The notes: generated by a model not told the origin, from the sequence alone. Counted from the first letter of the stretch, positions 25,604 through 39,170 are shown. The stretch is DNA of 64,000 nt from Mobula hypostoma (GCF_963921235.1 NC_086105.1:109120001-109184000), one strand, 5' to 3'. Translations and numbers: made by a program.

Positions 25604-27431
25604 CAGGGGTCCCCAATCTTTTACCTTTTTCGTACTGCGGACCGGTTTCATATTGACAATACTCTTGCGGACCGGCAGACCAGGGGGGAGGGGGGTATGG
25701 TTGCCAACGTACAAGAGTAGCAGTCAAATACGTTGGGTTTACCCCGAGAAAGACAACAATGACCATGAAGTCTTGCGCGGGCACCAGTGCGCATGCGTTT
25801 ACGTGCTGATTTCTTAAAAGCAGGATCTCCCAGTGGCCACACATTTTAATTCCACATCCCATTCCCATTCTGACATGTCTATCCACGGCCTCCTCTACTG
25901 TAAAGATGAAGCCACACTCAGGTTGGAGGAACAACACCTTATATTCCGTCTGGGTAGCCTCCAACCTGATGGCATGAACATTGACTTCTCTAACTTCTGC
26001 TAATGTCCCACCTCCCCCTCGTACCCCATCCGTTATTTATTTATATACACACATTCTTTCTCTCACTCTCCTTTTTCCCCCTCTGTCCTTCTGACTATAC
26101 CCCTTGCCCATCCTCTGGGTTTTCCCCCCCTCACCCTTTTCCTTCTCCCTGGGCCTCCTGTCCCATGATCCTCTCATATCCCCTTTGCCTATCACCCGTC
26201 CAGCTCTTGGCTCCATCCCTCCCTGTCTTCTCCTATCATTTTGGATCTCCCCCTCCCCCTTTCAAATCTCTTACTAAACCTTCCTTCAGTTAGTCCTGAC
26301 GAAGGGTCTCGGCCTGAAACGTCGACTGAAACTCTTCCTAGAGATGCTGCCTGGCCTGCTGTGTTCACCAGCAACTTTGATGTATGTTGCTTGAATTTCC
26401 AGCATCTGCAGAATTCCTGTTGTTAACTTTTATGTGTGTTGCCCGATTTCTTAAAAATTGTTTTTGCCGATTCTGTTGGCGGCGGCGGCAGCGGGGCGGT
26501 GTGTTAATCACGACCGGAATATAGGTGATAAGTGGCTAATACACTCAATTTCATTTCTAAAAGGGTTTATCTAACGAATTTAGTATTAAACACCAGCGCA
26601 TATTTTCCTCGCATGAATATAGCGATAAGACAATTATCAGGGGAGGACAGGGGAGCTTGAAGTGTTGAACGAACTTCCAGTAGAAGTGGTAGAGGCAGGT
26701 TCGATATAATCATTTAAAGAAAAATTGGATGGGTATATGGACAGGAAAGGAATGGAGGGTTATGGGCTGAGTGCAGGTCGGTGGGACAAGGTGAGAGTCG
26801 CGTTCGGCACGGACTAGAAGGGGCGAGATCGCCTGTTTCCATGCCGTAATTCTTACATGGTTATATAAGTCACTTATAATAGCATCATAACATTTTAAGT
26901 AACGTTTGGATATCAAACACACAGCACATATTTTCCTCATATGAAAATATAAAATTATTGCAACGCACCAATATCGCTGAATCAGTGGGAGCCCTGGGCT
27001 TGTTTTCCTGCAACAAGACGGTCCCATCGAGGGGTGATGGGAGACAGCGATACTCGAAGGGGGTTCCTTATGTCCAGTCTATTCTGCAATTTAGTTTTCG
27101 TTGCATTCATTGCAGAGATATGTTGGAAATGGAAGCAATGTTTTCTGTGCTTTCCTGACTATCTCCGGATATTTAGCCTTGACTTTGATCCAGAATGCCG
27201 GCAGAGATGTTATATCAAACATACTTTTCAGCCTGGCGTCATTTGCAAGCTCAAGGAGTTGATCTTCTTACCGCCCTGACATGGATGACGCGCGGGTAAT
27301 GACCTCGCGTGCGTAATGGCTCAACAGTGGGCGTGACAGGGAATGAGGAAAGGTGCAGCTGACTCCTATCGCCAAATCATATCGTTTCCTCGCAGCCCGG
27401 TAGCGCCTGCCTTGCGGGTTGGGGACCGCTG
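25604..27431. mobile_element. hAT (Charlie-like) non-autonomous element containing a Penelope 3' fragment and a CR1 3' end
   Basis: TIRs CAGGGGTCCCCAA / CAGCGGTCCCCAA; 8-bp TSD CTCTAAGG at 25596-25603 and 27432-27439. Confidence 0.9.
26290..26329 (+). ncRNA. Minimal type I hammerhead ribozyme motif in a Penelope terminal repeat
   Basis: TTAGTC-CTGACGA-AGG(gtctcgg)CCT-GAAA-CG-TC-GACTGA: helix I TTAGTC/GACTGA, intact CUGANGA and GAAA boxes, GUC cleavage triplet. Confidence 0.7.
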
Positions 27432-29259
27432 CTCTAAGGGACCAATTTTATCCCTCACTATCCTTTTGCTATTAATATAACTGTAGAAACCTTTTGGATT
27501 TATTTTCACCTTACTTGCCAAAGCAACCTCGTATCTTCTTTTAGCTTTTCTAATTTCTTTCTTAAGATTCTTTTTACATTCTTTATATTCCTCGAGCACC
27601 TCATTTACTCCATGCTGCCTATACTTGTTGTAGATGTCTCTCTTTTGCTGAACCAAGTTTCCAATATCGCTTGAAAACCATGGCTCTCTCAAGCGTACAA
27701 GGTATTGCTCCTCCAACCTGAGTGTGCCCTCATCATAATAGTACAGGAGGCCTTGGGCTGACATTTGGAATGGGAAATGGAATTAAAATGGGTGGACACT
27801 GGGAGATCTCACTTTTTCTGGTGGTGCTCGGTGAAGTGGCCTCCCAATCTACATTGGGTCTCACTGATATACAGATGACCCCAACATAATTCAGGTTAAG
27901 TGTTACCTCGCCTGGAAGGATTGTTTGGGGCCCTGAATAGTAGTAAGGGAGGTATAGCACTTAATCCACTTGTAAGGACAAGGGCCAGGAAGGAGAGCAG
28001 TAGCAAGGGATGAATGGACAAGGGAGTCATGTAGGGAGCAATCTCTGTGGAAAACAAAAAGTAGGGAGGAGGAGGAAGGGAAAGATGTGCTTGGTGGTGG
28101 GATTCTGTTGGAGTTGGCAGAAGTTAGAGAATTAAGTGCTGGAGGGGAGCCTTGTAGAGTGGTAGGTGATACTCCAGTTTGTGGAAAGCAGACCTTTCAA
28201 TATTGTTTATCATTATAAACTGGACTTCACAATGCTGACATGTTGGTGAAAGAAAAAGCCAAATCTATTTTTGATAGACTGGACCAATTAAAAAATGAAA
28301 TTTGCAACTGATAATTAGAGATAACCTTTCTCAGTGTTTGTTTGTACCAAAGTGAATATTTAAATGCTTTGCAAATTGAATGCACTTTCACCCCCCCCCC
28401 CATATTCCTGTCCACCTAGGAGATTTTGTCATGAAGCAAGAGCTTAAAATTCCACTCTACCTTTTTAGAAGACGAAGCAACTCAAACTCAGTAATTTTCC
28501 GAAGACGACACCAAATCCAGCTATGCTCATGGTCATCAGAAAGTAGGGAAAAAACCTTCGACTTGATAACAGCTTCAATGAGTTAATTACTTTGAATTCA
28601 GGCTGCATGATTTGAAACTTTTCAGTATATGCTATTACCCAAGATTATCTGTAACCCAAGTTTATTTTGAATGTAATTGATTGCATTTAAATTTTTCCCA
28701 AGAGACAAAATAACACATTAGGTACAGCATTGGACATGCAGAAAACCTTTAATCTGATGCATTTTATTGGTGTCAGGATCAATCTTTCCAAATCTGGCTA
28801 TAATTTGTAAACTAGTTCATTTTTACTAAAGCAAGCTAAACCTAACAGTAAAGCAAATAGGTTAGTCTTGTGACCAGGCAATTTCTTCCTCCTTGTTTGA
28901 ACTTGATTAGTTTCATTATCCAACAAAAGTAACCTTTGTGGTCCAGTTACAGTCTACATGGTCCAAGTGATGCTCTGATCTCTTCCTGCCTCTGCCATCC
29001 TTTTCAATTAGGAGCTTTCACTGTTGGTACAGGCATGTTATACTAAATTTATAATTCTTTTCTGCAATTAAATATTTCAAGTGTACTGAACATTTTTTTC
29101 AATCATATTTCAACCCAAATAAACACTAATCACAAGTGGACACGAGTGAATGCAATAAGGTGAAAATTTGTACTTTGGTCTTTGAGAATTGAATTAGCTA
29201 TTAAAATATTCAATAATCAAGTCAATTTACTTTTTTAGCTACCAAGGAGTTGCTTCACA

Positions 29260-30860
29260 GGAACACACAAGATGTTGGAGTAACTCAGCAGGCCAGGACA
29301 TCTATGGAAGAGAGTGCAGTTGACATTTCAGGCCAAGATCTTTTAGAACTGGAGAAAAAGACGAGTAGCGTTAAAAGGTGGTGAGAAACAAGGTGATAGG
29401 TGAAACTGGGAGGGGGAGGGGTGAAGTAAACAACTGGGAAGTTGATTGATGAAAGAGATACAGGGCTGGAGAAGGGGAAATCTGACAGGACAGAGGCCAT
29501 GGAAGATAGAAAAGGGGAGGAGCACCGGAGGGAAGCAATTGGGCAGGCAAGGAGATAAAGAAAGGAAAAAGGGGACGGGGAGTGGTAAGGGGGGGGAGCA
29601 TTACCAGAAGCTCGAAATCGATGCTCATGCCATCAGGTTGGAAGCTACCCAGACAGAATACAAGGTGTTGTTCCTACAACTGGAGTGTGGCCTTATCACA
29701 ACAGTGGAAGAGGCCATGGATGGACATATTGAAATGGAAGTGGAAGTAAAATGGATGGCCAGTTGCAGATCCCACTATTTTCTGGTGGATGCAGCATTGG
29801 TGCTTGCAAAGCAGTTTCCCAATCTACATTGGCTCACTGATGTACCAGCCACACCACTAGCACCAGACACTGTACATAACCCCAACACTCACAGGTCAGC
29901 TTACGAGGACCTGTTTGGGGCCCCGAATGGTAGTGAGGGAGGTGGTGTAGCTCTTGTCCTTGCGAGGAGCCAAGATCAGTGCAGAGGGATGAACAGACCA
30001 GGGAATTGTGGAAATCAGAAAGTGGAGGGGTGGAGGGAGGAAGAGGGAAAGATGTGCTTGATGGTGGAATCCCATTGGAGATGGCAGTTGTGGACAACTA
30101 TGTGCTGGATGTGGAGGATTGTGGGGTGGTAGGCGAGGACAAGAGGAAGCCTATCCCTTGTAGGGTGGTGGGAGGATGGGGAGAGCAGACGTGCATTAAA
30201 TGGAAGAGACATGGTTGAGAGCAGCATTGATAGTGGAGGAAGGGAAGTCCCCTTTTTTGAAGGACATCTTCATTCTGGAATGAAAAGCCTCATCCTAAGA
30301 GCAGTTGTGGGGACAGAGGAATTGAGATAAGGGGATGGTGTTTTTAAACAACTGAAATGGTGGGAGGTATAGTCCAGGTAGCTGTGAGTCCATGGGTTTA
30401 CAATAGACATCACTAGATAAGCTATCTGCAGGCAGACAGATTGAGAAAGGGGAGGGAGCTATTAGAAATGGACCTGGTAAATTTGAGGGCAGGGTGGAAA
30501 TTGGAGGCGAAGTGGATGAAGTCAATTAAGTTCCACATAGATGCTGTAAGTTGCAGCAATGCAGTCATCAATGTAGCATAGGGAAATTGTGTGACAGCCA
30601 TGTTGCCAACAAACAGGCAGGCATGATCACCAATCAACTTCCCAGCTTTTTACTTCACCCCCCTCCATCTTTCACCTATCATCCTGTTTTTCTCTGCAAC
30701 CCCCCCCCCACCCTTTAATAACTCCTCAGCTTTCTCCTCCAGAACAGTCTCAGCCCAAAACGTCAACAGTACTCTTCCATAGATGCTGCCTGACCTGCTG
30801 AGTTCCTCCAGCTTTGTGTGTGTTGCTTGGGTTTTCAGCATCCACAGATTTTCTCTTGTC
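29260..30860 (-). mobile_element. Penelope-like retroelement (paralogue of 820-2416)
   Basis: Same structure and flanks as the copy-1 element. Confidence 0.8.
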
Positions 30861-32125
30861 TATTGTGATTGAATTACTTCTGAACAGCATGTAGATGCCA
30901 ACTACATTTAAAGCTGGTTTCATGTACCATAATGATTAGCTCCAAGTCCCTGGTGTTCTAAAGTGTTATAGCACTACTTCTGAACATCTGTATCCCTACA
31001 TTCTTGCTTGAGAGTCGATACTTAGGATATTGCCAATAAAACTTGTGGTTTGGCAAGTTTAGAACACTTGGAAAGGGATCCAACAGGCACTTCAGAGGCT
31101 GAAGTCCATTTATTCCATCACCCCAGCTCTGCATGATCTAATAACAGATTTAGGCACCTGGCTTTCAACTGTCAAGTACCAAAGTTTTATTTCATTCCCA
31201 AGCTATAGCAAAATCATCGTGATTGTCAAGCATTCCATTGCATTAGTGCAAAGCAAAAAAACCTTCATGTGCCCAATATTTGAAATGAAGCAGAAAATGA
31301 TCAGAAACATTATGGTCAAGCAACACTCAATTTATATCTGAAACACCTGACATCTCGACAAACACCTTTCCTCAGATTATGAACAGTTCTTTATATATTA
31401 AAAAAGTTTGTCAGAACAAAGCAACAAAGGGATCATTAAGACAAAGTGCAATCATTCCTTCCCACATTAGTCAGAAAACCGGAAAGAGAAGCAGCAATGA
31501 AAGTATTAATTCAAGGTCATTTTCTAATGTGGTCAAAAGATAGTGCTCAATTGAAAGAATAATGACAAAAACATCAAGCTATTCAATATGTCCACTATTG
31601 TTTTATTTCACTTCTAACAGCTAACATATTTCATCTAATCTCAGTACAAGTCTCTAATTTAGTTTTAAGAGCATTATACAATTCAGGAATGGTAAATATA
31701 CTGTTTCAATATCCACTCAGGTGTGGAACCCAGTGTAGTCTTCTGATGCTGTAACCCATCCACTTCAAGATTCAGTGTGTTGCATGTTCAGGGATCCCTT
31801 CTGCACATCACTGTTGTAACAGCTATTTGAGTTACTGTTGCCTTTACATCCGCTTGAACTAGTCTGGCCAATCTCCAGACCTCATTAACAAGGCATTTTC
31901 ACCCACAGAACTGCCGCTCAAAGGAGGTTTTCTGCTTTTCACACCACTCTTTATAAACTCTAGAGACTGTAGTGCGTGAAAACCCCAGGAGATCAGCAGT
32001 TTTTGAGATGCTCAGACCACTCAGCCTGGCCCCAATAATCATTCTACGTTCAGTCACTTAGATCACATTTCTTCTCCACGCTGCCGTTTGGTCAGAATTG
32101 TACCTGTTGACCATTAAAAGATGTA

Positions 32126-33854
32126 CAATGGCATGCAAAAGTTTGGGCACCCCTGGTCAAAATTTCTGTTACTGTGAATAGCTAAGCGAGTAAAAGATGA
32201 CCTGATTTCCAAAAGGCATAAAGTTAAAGATGACACATTTCTCTAATATTTTAAGCAAGATTACTTTTTTATTTTCATCTTTCAGTTTCAAAATAACAAA
32301 AAAGAAAAAGGGCCCGAAGCAAAAGTTTGGGCACCCTGCATGGTCAGTACTTAGTAACACCCCCTTTAGCAAGTATCACAGCTTGTAAATGCCTTCTGTA
32401 GCCAGCTAAGAGTCTTTCAATTCTTGTTTGGGGGAGTTTTGCCCAGTCTCCTTTGCAAAAGGATTCTAGTTCTGTGAGATTCTTGGGCTATCTTGCATGC
32501 ACTGCTCTTTTGAAGTCTTTCCACAGATTTCTGATGACGTTTAGGCTGGGGGACTGAGAGGGCCATGGCAAAATCTTCAACTTGCCTCTTGAGGTAGTCC
32601 ATTGTGGATTTTGAGGTGTGTTTAGGATCATTATCCTGTTGCAGAAGCCATCCTCTTTTCATCTTCAGCTTTTTTAAGATGGTGTGATGTTTGCTTCCAG
32701 AATTTGCTGGTATTTAATTGAATTCATTCTTCCCTCTACCAGTGAAATGTTCCCCATGCCACTGGCTGCAACACAAGCCCAAAGCATGATCGATCCACTC
32801 CTGTGCTTACAGTTGGAGAGGTGTTCTTTTCATGAAATTCTGCACCCTTTTTTCTCCAAACATACCTTTGCACATTGTGGCCAAAAAGTTCTACTTTAAC
32901 TTCTTCAGTCCACGGGACTTGTTTCCAAAATGCATCAGGCTTGTTTAGATGTTCCTTTGCAAACTTCTGACACTGAATTTTGTGGTGAGGACACAGGAAA
33001 GGTTTTCTTCTGATGACTCTTCACTGAGTCATATTTGTGCAGGTGTCGCTGCACAGTAGAACAGTGCACCACCACTCCAGAGTCTGCTAAATCTTCCTGA
33101 AGGTCTTTTGCAGTCAATCGGGGGTTTTCATTTGCCTTTCTAGCAATAATACGAACAGTTCTCTCGGAAAGTTTTCTTGGTCTCCCAGACCTCAACTTGA
33201 CCTCCACCGTTCCTGTTAACTGCCATTTCTTAATTACATTACGAACTGAAGAAACGGCTACCTGAAAACGCTTTGCTATCTTCTTATAGCCTTCTCCTGC
33301 TTTGTGGGCATCAATCATGTTAATTTTCAGAGTGCTAGGCAGCTGCTTAGAGGAGCCCATGGCTGCTGATTGTTGGGACAAGGTTTGAGGAGTCAGGGTA
33401 CGAAGGTCTACTGCAGTAAAATGGGGGTTGTGATTTGCCTTTCTAGCAATCCTACGAACAGTTCTCTCGGAAAATTTTCTTGGTCTTCCAGACCTCAACT
33501 TGACCTCCACCGTTCCTGTAAACTGCCATTTCTTAATTACATTACGAACTGAGGAAACGGCTACTTGAAAACGCTTTGCTATCTTCTTATAGCCTTCTCC
33601 TGCTTTGTGAGCATCAATCATTTTAATTTTCAGAGCACTAGGCAGCTGCTTAGAGGAGCCCATGGCTGCTGATTGTCGGGACAACGTTTAAGGAGTCAGG
33701 GTTTTTATAACGCATGAAATTTGCATCACCTGGCCTTTCCTAACGATGACTGTGAAAAGCCATAGCCCTAACAAGCTAATAAAGGTCTGAGACCTTTGGT
33801 AAAAGTTATCTGAGAGCTCAGATCTCTTGGGGTGCCCAAACTTGCATCCCACTG
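32126..33854 (-). mobile_element. Tc1-family transposon, defective, with duplicated 5' coding part
   Basis: TIRs containing GCAAAAGTTTGGGCACCCC; TA TSD; GRPRK HTH region and QQDNDPKHTSK catalytic motif; frameshifted. Confidence 0.93.
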
Positions 33855-35618
33855 TACCTAACAAAGTGGCCACTGAGTGTGATGATGCTCCTGTGAAAAC
33901 AATGAGCACACTTCAATCCATTAAACTTCAGACCTGTAACAAGAATGAAAAAAATATCAGGTAAGTACTTCTCTTCAAATTACAATTTAACAATTAATCA
34001 GACCTTAGAATCCAGTGTTCAAATGACCTTATAACCTTGCACTTTATTTACCTGCACTGCACTCTGTAATCGCAACACTAATCAGTACTATTATTGCTTT
34101 TCCCTTGTACTAATTTAAGGTAATTATGCCATGGACTTGCCTGTATAGATAGCCTCCAACATCAAACATTACAATAAACCAATTTAAACTGCTGAATAAA
34201 AAAGTGCAACAGAAGTGCTCAACAGGTCAAGGAAAATCAGAACAGAGTTAACATGACTCTGGGAAGGGAAAATAAAGTTACAGAGGATGGAAGGACAATA
34301 GACCCTTGTTTCTAATAGTGCAAGGCTCAGGTCTTTGAAATTCCAAGAGACCACCCAGTCAAATTAACAGGTGCAGTTAGAAAGAGCACAGAAGCTATGA
34401 ATAGGGCAGCAAGAAACAAAGCACAAGTTGGAAAATTGTGAATTTTTTTCAAGTGTGGAAATAACAATTGCATTTTAAAGGTGAACAGATAATCTAACCT
34501 GGTGTGGGACAGTGCAATAAGGTCAACACTAGTGGCAGTAATGCAGGTGGTGTGAAGAGTCACACCTCTGGAACAGAGAACACAGTTTGCATTAACATAC
34601 TGGGTAAAACTACAAAGGCGTGGAGAAAACGAAGCAAGCATATAAATTAGCAAAGGAGAAATGAAAACCATTTAAAGTGAAATTAAAAAAGTGGATAAAA
34701 CAAAGAAATGAAGAGAGAACAGGAACACATTTATAATATCCAGAAAGAGGTGGGATGGTTGAGAAATGTGGGAGGGGGTTAATATTAAGTTTGAGGTTTG
34801 GGTGCATAAAGAAACACAAGAAAGTCTGCATTTGCTGGAAATCCAAAGCAACACACAAAATACTGGAGGAGCTCCAGTAAGGCAGGATCTATGGAAATGA
34901 ATAGTCAAACGTTGATAACGCAAACAACAGGAATTCTGCAGATGCTGGAAATTCAAGCAACACACATCAAAGTTGCTGGTGAACGCAGCAGACCAGGCAG
35001 CATCTCTAGGAAGAGGTACAGTTGACGTTTCAGGCCGAGGCCCTTCATTGGTAGATAATGCTGTTGGTAACTTTCAGAGTATGCCACACTCAAACTGGCA
35101 AGCCACTCGACTAAACAATGACAGCACCATGAAACACTGCTTATTGTCCTTTTAGTCACTGCTGATATCAACCCAAAATTTGAAGTATCCACATACACAG
35201 TAGCTTGTAAAAAGGTATCAACACCAGGTGGGAGGTACCAAATGATAGCACTCCATTTAATGTACTTTATATTAAATCAAAATGCTGAAATCTGGAGCAG
35301 GAATTTGCTGGAAGAACTCAGCAGTTCATGCAGAATGCCTGGGAGAAAAAAAACCCAACAACCTTTCAGGTCAAGATCCTTTATCGCTCTTCCAACAGGT
35401 TGCTGCTCAAGGTGGTGGTATCGATCATTAAGGACCCTCATCATTGGGGATGTGTCCTCTTCTCATTTCTACCATCGGGGAGAGGCCCACACTCAACAAT
35501 TAGAAACAATCGCACTCCCCCCCCACACACACACTATTAGATTTCCGAAGTTCATGGAGATGACTTCGTTTTGTGCTGCACTATTTTGTAGTTCAGAACA
35601 ATATCTGTACCTTTAAAC

Positions 35619-36635
35619 CAAGGGTAACCAACCTTTTACATTCCATGCATTAATTTTTTCACGCACGAGTTCAGATGCGCCATACAACTCTTGTACCCCC
35701 ATTCAATTCTTGTAAAAATGTTAATATAGACATATTTAGCACATTTTTACATATATTGATTTTATATAAAAAGATAAACATTACTTACCTTAATGAGACT
35801 TTTAACAAATATTTTGTCTTCTTTTGATTTCCTTTTTCTAAATCACATATTCTTTCCGTAATTCAGACCCAAGCACTAGCTTCAGTTTTCCTTCTATTTC
35901 AGTCTGATGTTGTGTTTTATAGTGTCTATTAAGATCATGTCTTCTATTGTGTGAAAGTGTTTTCACAAACAATGCACAACGGTTTTCCTGACGGACCCGC
36001 TATAAATAAGAACTGATTTTTCCACTGTTTATTGTATTCACGCTTACGATCACTTCCTGATTTTCTTTTGCTCATTTTCTTTTGCACTGTGATGGGTAAC
36101 TGAATGTAAAAACAAGGCTTAATTCCAAAGAGTATAAAAGTGCAAATGTTCACAAAGGACGAACAAAGCACAACTCCGCAACGCACGAGTGTCAATTGTA
36201 AACTGACCGGCGAAAACCTGCGACGCTCCGCTGGTGCAGACACCTGGCGCCTCAGGATCAAGCAAGTACAGTATCAAACGTGTATTGAATAGGTATGGAA
36301 CGACTGGAGAACGAAAGTTCTTCTTTCCTGGTTTGATTCATTGAACATTTTTTTTTAAAACTGAAAACAGATTAATGTGAAAACAGATAGCATTCGCCAA
36401 AAGATGTGCACAAAATAATTAAATCGCTAAAAATAATTGCTAAATTTTAGATTTATTCTCAGTAAAACCCATTTCTAGCTCTAAGCTACTTGAATTCCTG
36501 TTACAGTTTTTTTCTACAAATCGGTTTTTGGTTGACTTTTGCAGGAGTTGGCTTACTTTTATATTGTTATATCGCTGGGGTGCAATGCGCCACTTTCGGC
36601 GCATGCGCCCTGGCTTCCCCGTCCCTGCGCCATTT
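35619..36635 (-). mobile_element. hAT (Charlie/SPIN-like) defective element
   Basis: Begins CAAGGGTAACCAACC; ORF piece REYNKQWKNQFLF...KPLCIVC typical of hAT N-terminal zinc fingers; absent from copies 1 and 3. Right end unclear. Confidence 0.7.
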
Positions 36636-36854
36636 CATTTAGATAATGAACAGAACTGATTTTTTAATTAAAGCTCAACAGGTGCACACACTCACATTGT
36701 AACCTTGAAAAAATTCTCCCCCACCATCAAATTTTGAACTGCTCGTCAATATCGTTCTGCACCATCTATTTTATAGTCTAACATGTTAAACATGTTTGTA
36801 TGCGCTACACCTGATACTGCAAATAAGCGTTTTCGACAATGAGGTGCACTGCTG

Positions 36855-37018
36855 CAAAACCACTACAATTTGTAGTTTTATACCGTGAATTATCAGACAT
36901 TTACCTCACCTTCCTTAGACTGCGACACAAAAGGCCGCAGCACCGCCGAGCTACCGATTTATACCACTACAGCGTCGTCACCACACCTCGTTACCCACCC
37001 CAACACTGAATAACACAT
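36855..37018 (-). promoter_or_regulatory. Minus-strand TATA/TOP promoter and exon 1, copy 2
   Basis: Identical to 6586-6749 and 60198-60361. TATAAA at 36963-36958; exon 36934-36910. Confidence 0.7.
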
Positions 37019-37024
37019 CAATAC

Positions 37025-38137
37025 AGGCAACACACACAAAATGCTGGTGAATGCAGCAGGCCAGGCAGCATCTATAGCATACAGTCATCGTTTTGGGTTG
37101 CGACCCTTCGTCAGGACTAACTGAAAGAAGAGAGGGAAAGAGATTTGAAAGTGGGAGGGGGAGATCTGAAATGATAGAAGACAGGAGGGGGAGGGTTGAA
37201 GCTAAGAGCTGGAAAGTAGATTGACAAAAGGGATACAAGCTGGAGAAGGGAGAGGGTCATGGGACAGGAGGCCTAGGGAGAAAGAAAGGGGAAGGGGAGC
37301 AACAGACAAAGATGGAGAACAGGCAAGGAGTTATTGTGAGAGGGACACTGAAAGAAAAATATAAATAAGTAATAAATTAGGGATGGGGTAAGAAGGGGAG
37401 GAGGGGCATTAACAGAAGTTAGAGAAATCAATGTTCATGCCATCAGGTTGGAGGCTACCCAGACGGAATATAAGGTGGTGTTCCTCCAACCTGAGTGTGG
37501 CTTCATCTCGACAGTAGAGGAGGCCATGGATTAACATATCAGAATGGGAATGGGATGTGGAATTAAAATGTGTGGCCAGTGGGAGATCCTGCTTTCTCTG
37601 GCGGACAGAGCGTAGGTGTTCAGCAAAGCGGTCTTCCAGTCTACATCGGGTCTCGCCAATATATAGAAGGCCACATCGGGAGCACCGGACGCAGTATATC
37701 ACCCCAGCCGACTCACAGGTGAAGTGTTGCCTCACCTGGAAGGACTGTCTGGGGCCCTCAATGGTGGTAAGGGAGGAAGTGTAAGGGCAGGTGTAGCACT
37801 TGTTCCGCTTGCAAGGATAAGTGCGAGGAGGTAGATCAGTGGGAAGGGATGGGGGGACGAATGAACAAGGGATTTGCGTAGGGAGCGATCCCTACGGAAA
37901 GTGGGGGGGAGGGAAAGATGTGCTTAGTGGTGGGATCCCGTTGGAGGTGGCAGAAGTTATGGAGAATTATATGTTGGACACAGAGGCTGGTGGGGTGGTA
38001 GGTGAAGACAAGGGGAACCCTATTCCTAGTGGGGTGGCAGGAGGATGGGGTGAGAGCAGATGTGCGTGAAATGGGAGATGTGCATTTGAGGGCAGAGTTG
38101 ATGGTGGAGGAAGGGAAGCCCCTTGCTTTAAAAAAGG
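37025..38137 (-). mobile_element. Penelope-like element with GIY-YIG endonuclease, inserted in the copy-2 bidirectional promoter
   Basis: ORF 37409-37735 GVIYCVRCSRCGLLYIGET...RFAEH; empty site 'aatac|aagcttg' in copies 1 and 3. Confidence 0.93.
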
Positions 38138-38554
38138 AAGCTTGTTTAAGGCCGATGAATTGCTCCATGCTCAGTCTGTGCCTTCACATCCCTTCTGCTC
38201 CGTTTGGGCCAGATAATCTTGGAAGCTTTCATAGACGTGCGCCAGAGTTCGCCCTTCTGTGGAAAATTATCACATAAGTAGGTTGTTGGGGGATCCTCGA
38301 TAATCCCTGGCACATCCCAGCCATCTGCCCTTCAGGCCGGGAAGCACCCTTCTCCAATTAATAAAGCTTATTTTGTCAGCCTTTTTTGTGCCCGATGCGA
38401 ATCTAATCATTGGCAAAGAATTTAATACTGGCTGAGTTCTGGGGCTTCTATACCCCAATTAGGCCAAGAGCCAGACTGGACTAGCAACCACGTTTATTTC
38501 CGTACAATAGTGAATTGTATCTGTTTTCTTGTGTGAAAAACAGTTCCCAGCCCT

Positions 38555-38960
38555 GCACTGAGAGCAGTAAGCATAAAGGAGTTGGGTGCTTATTGTTCTG
38601 GCTAACAACAGATGGTGCAATCTGGGGCATATTATGATTGAGGAACGTGTTTGCAGACTAGATATTGAACTTTTTACTGTTGGACTTCGGCCACATTCCA
38701 CCGTGATACAACACTTGGCAGCACGGGAGGTCGTTCCTGCCCGTGGCCATCGAACGAGCAGCTCCTCCCGTGGAGGGTCAGACACCCTGAGCCAAATAGA
38801 CTGGTCCTGGACTTATTTTCCATCTGGCATAGTTTGCATTTTGTTGTTTGATTGTTGGGGTTTTTTTGTATTGCTATATTTACGCTCTATTCTTGGTTGG
38901 TGCAGCTGTAACGAAACCAAATTTCCCTCAGGATTAATAAAGTATATCTATCTATCTATC
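38555..38960 (+). mobile_element. Internally deleted Rex1-like LINE piece
   Basis: Endonuclease-like NNRWCN...ELFTVGLRP fragment joined to a 3' end with AATAAA and (TATC)n; absent from copies 1 and 3. Confidence 0.65.
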
Positions 38961-39170
38961 TTAAAGGGAATCAAATTTCACTTAAGGCTTATGAAGAGAG
39001 TCTGAGCTATTCACATGCGGCTAGGCTTCAGTAGAAAGATGCATCAAAGGAAATTAAGCTGTAAAATATTTGATTTCACTTGAATCAACTTCACATCCAC
39101 GTCCACGCCTTTATTAACATATTCAGGAACTGTGATGAGAAGAAGCTTTATGCTTTTGCAGTTGTTAGCA

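Larger units (their letters stand above)
23851..27692 (-). mobile_element. CR1 LINE (relatively young), interrupted at 25604-27431
   Basis: Open ORF2 pieces 23923-24897 (SGVPQGSVLGP, YADDTK) and 24953-25534; the element continues at 27432-27692. Confidence 0.95.
23053..28170 (-). mobile_element. Penelope-like element split by nested insertions (pieces ~23053-23290, 23605-23850, 27693-28170)
   Basis: The pieces rejoin to match the Penelope sequence at 37025-38137. Confidence 0.78.

Noticed and set aside
29446-30132. 228-aa plus-strand ORF
   Set aside because: Antisense to a degenerate Penelope element and not open in the paralogous copy.
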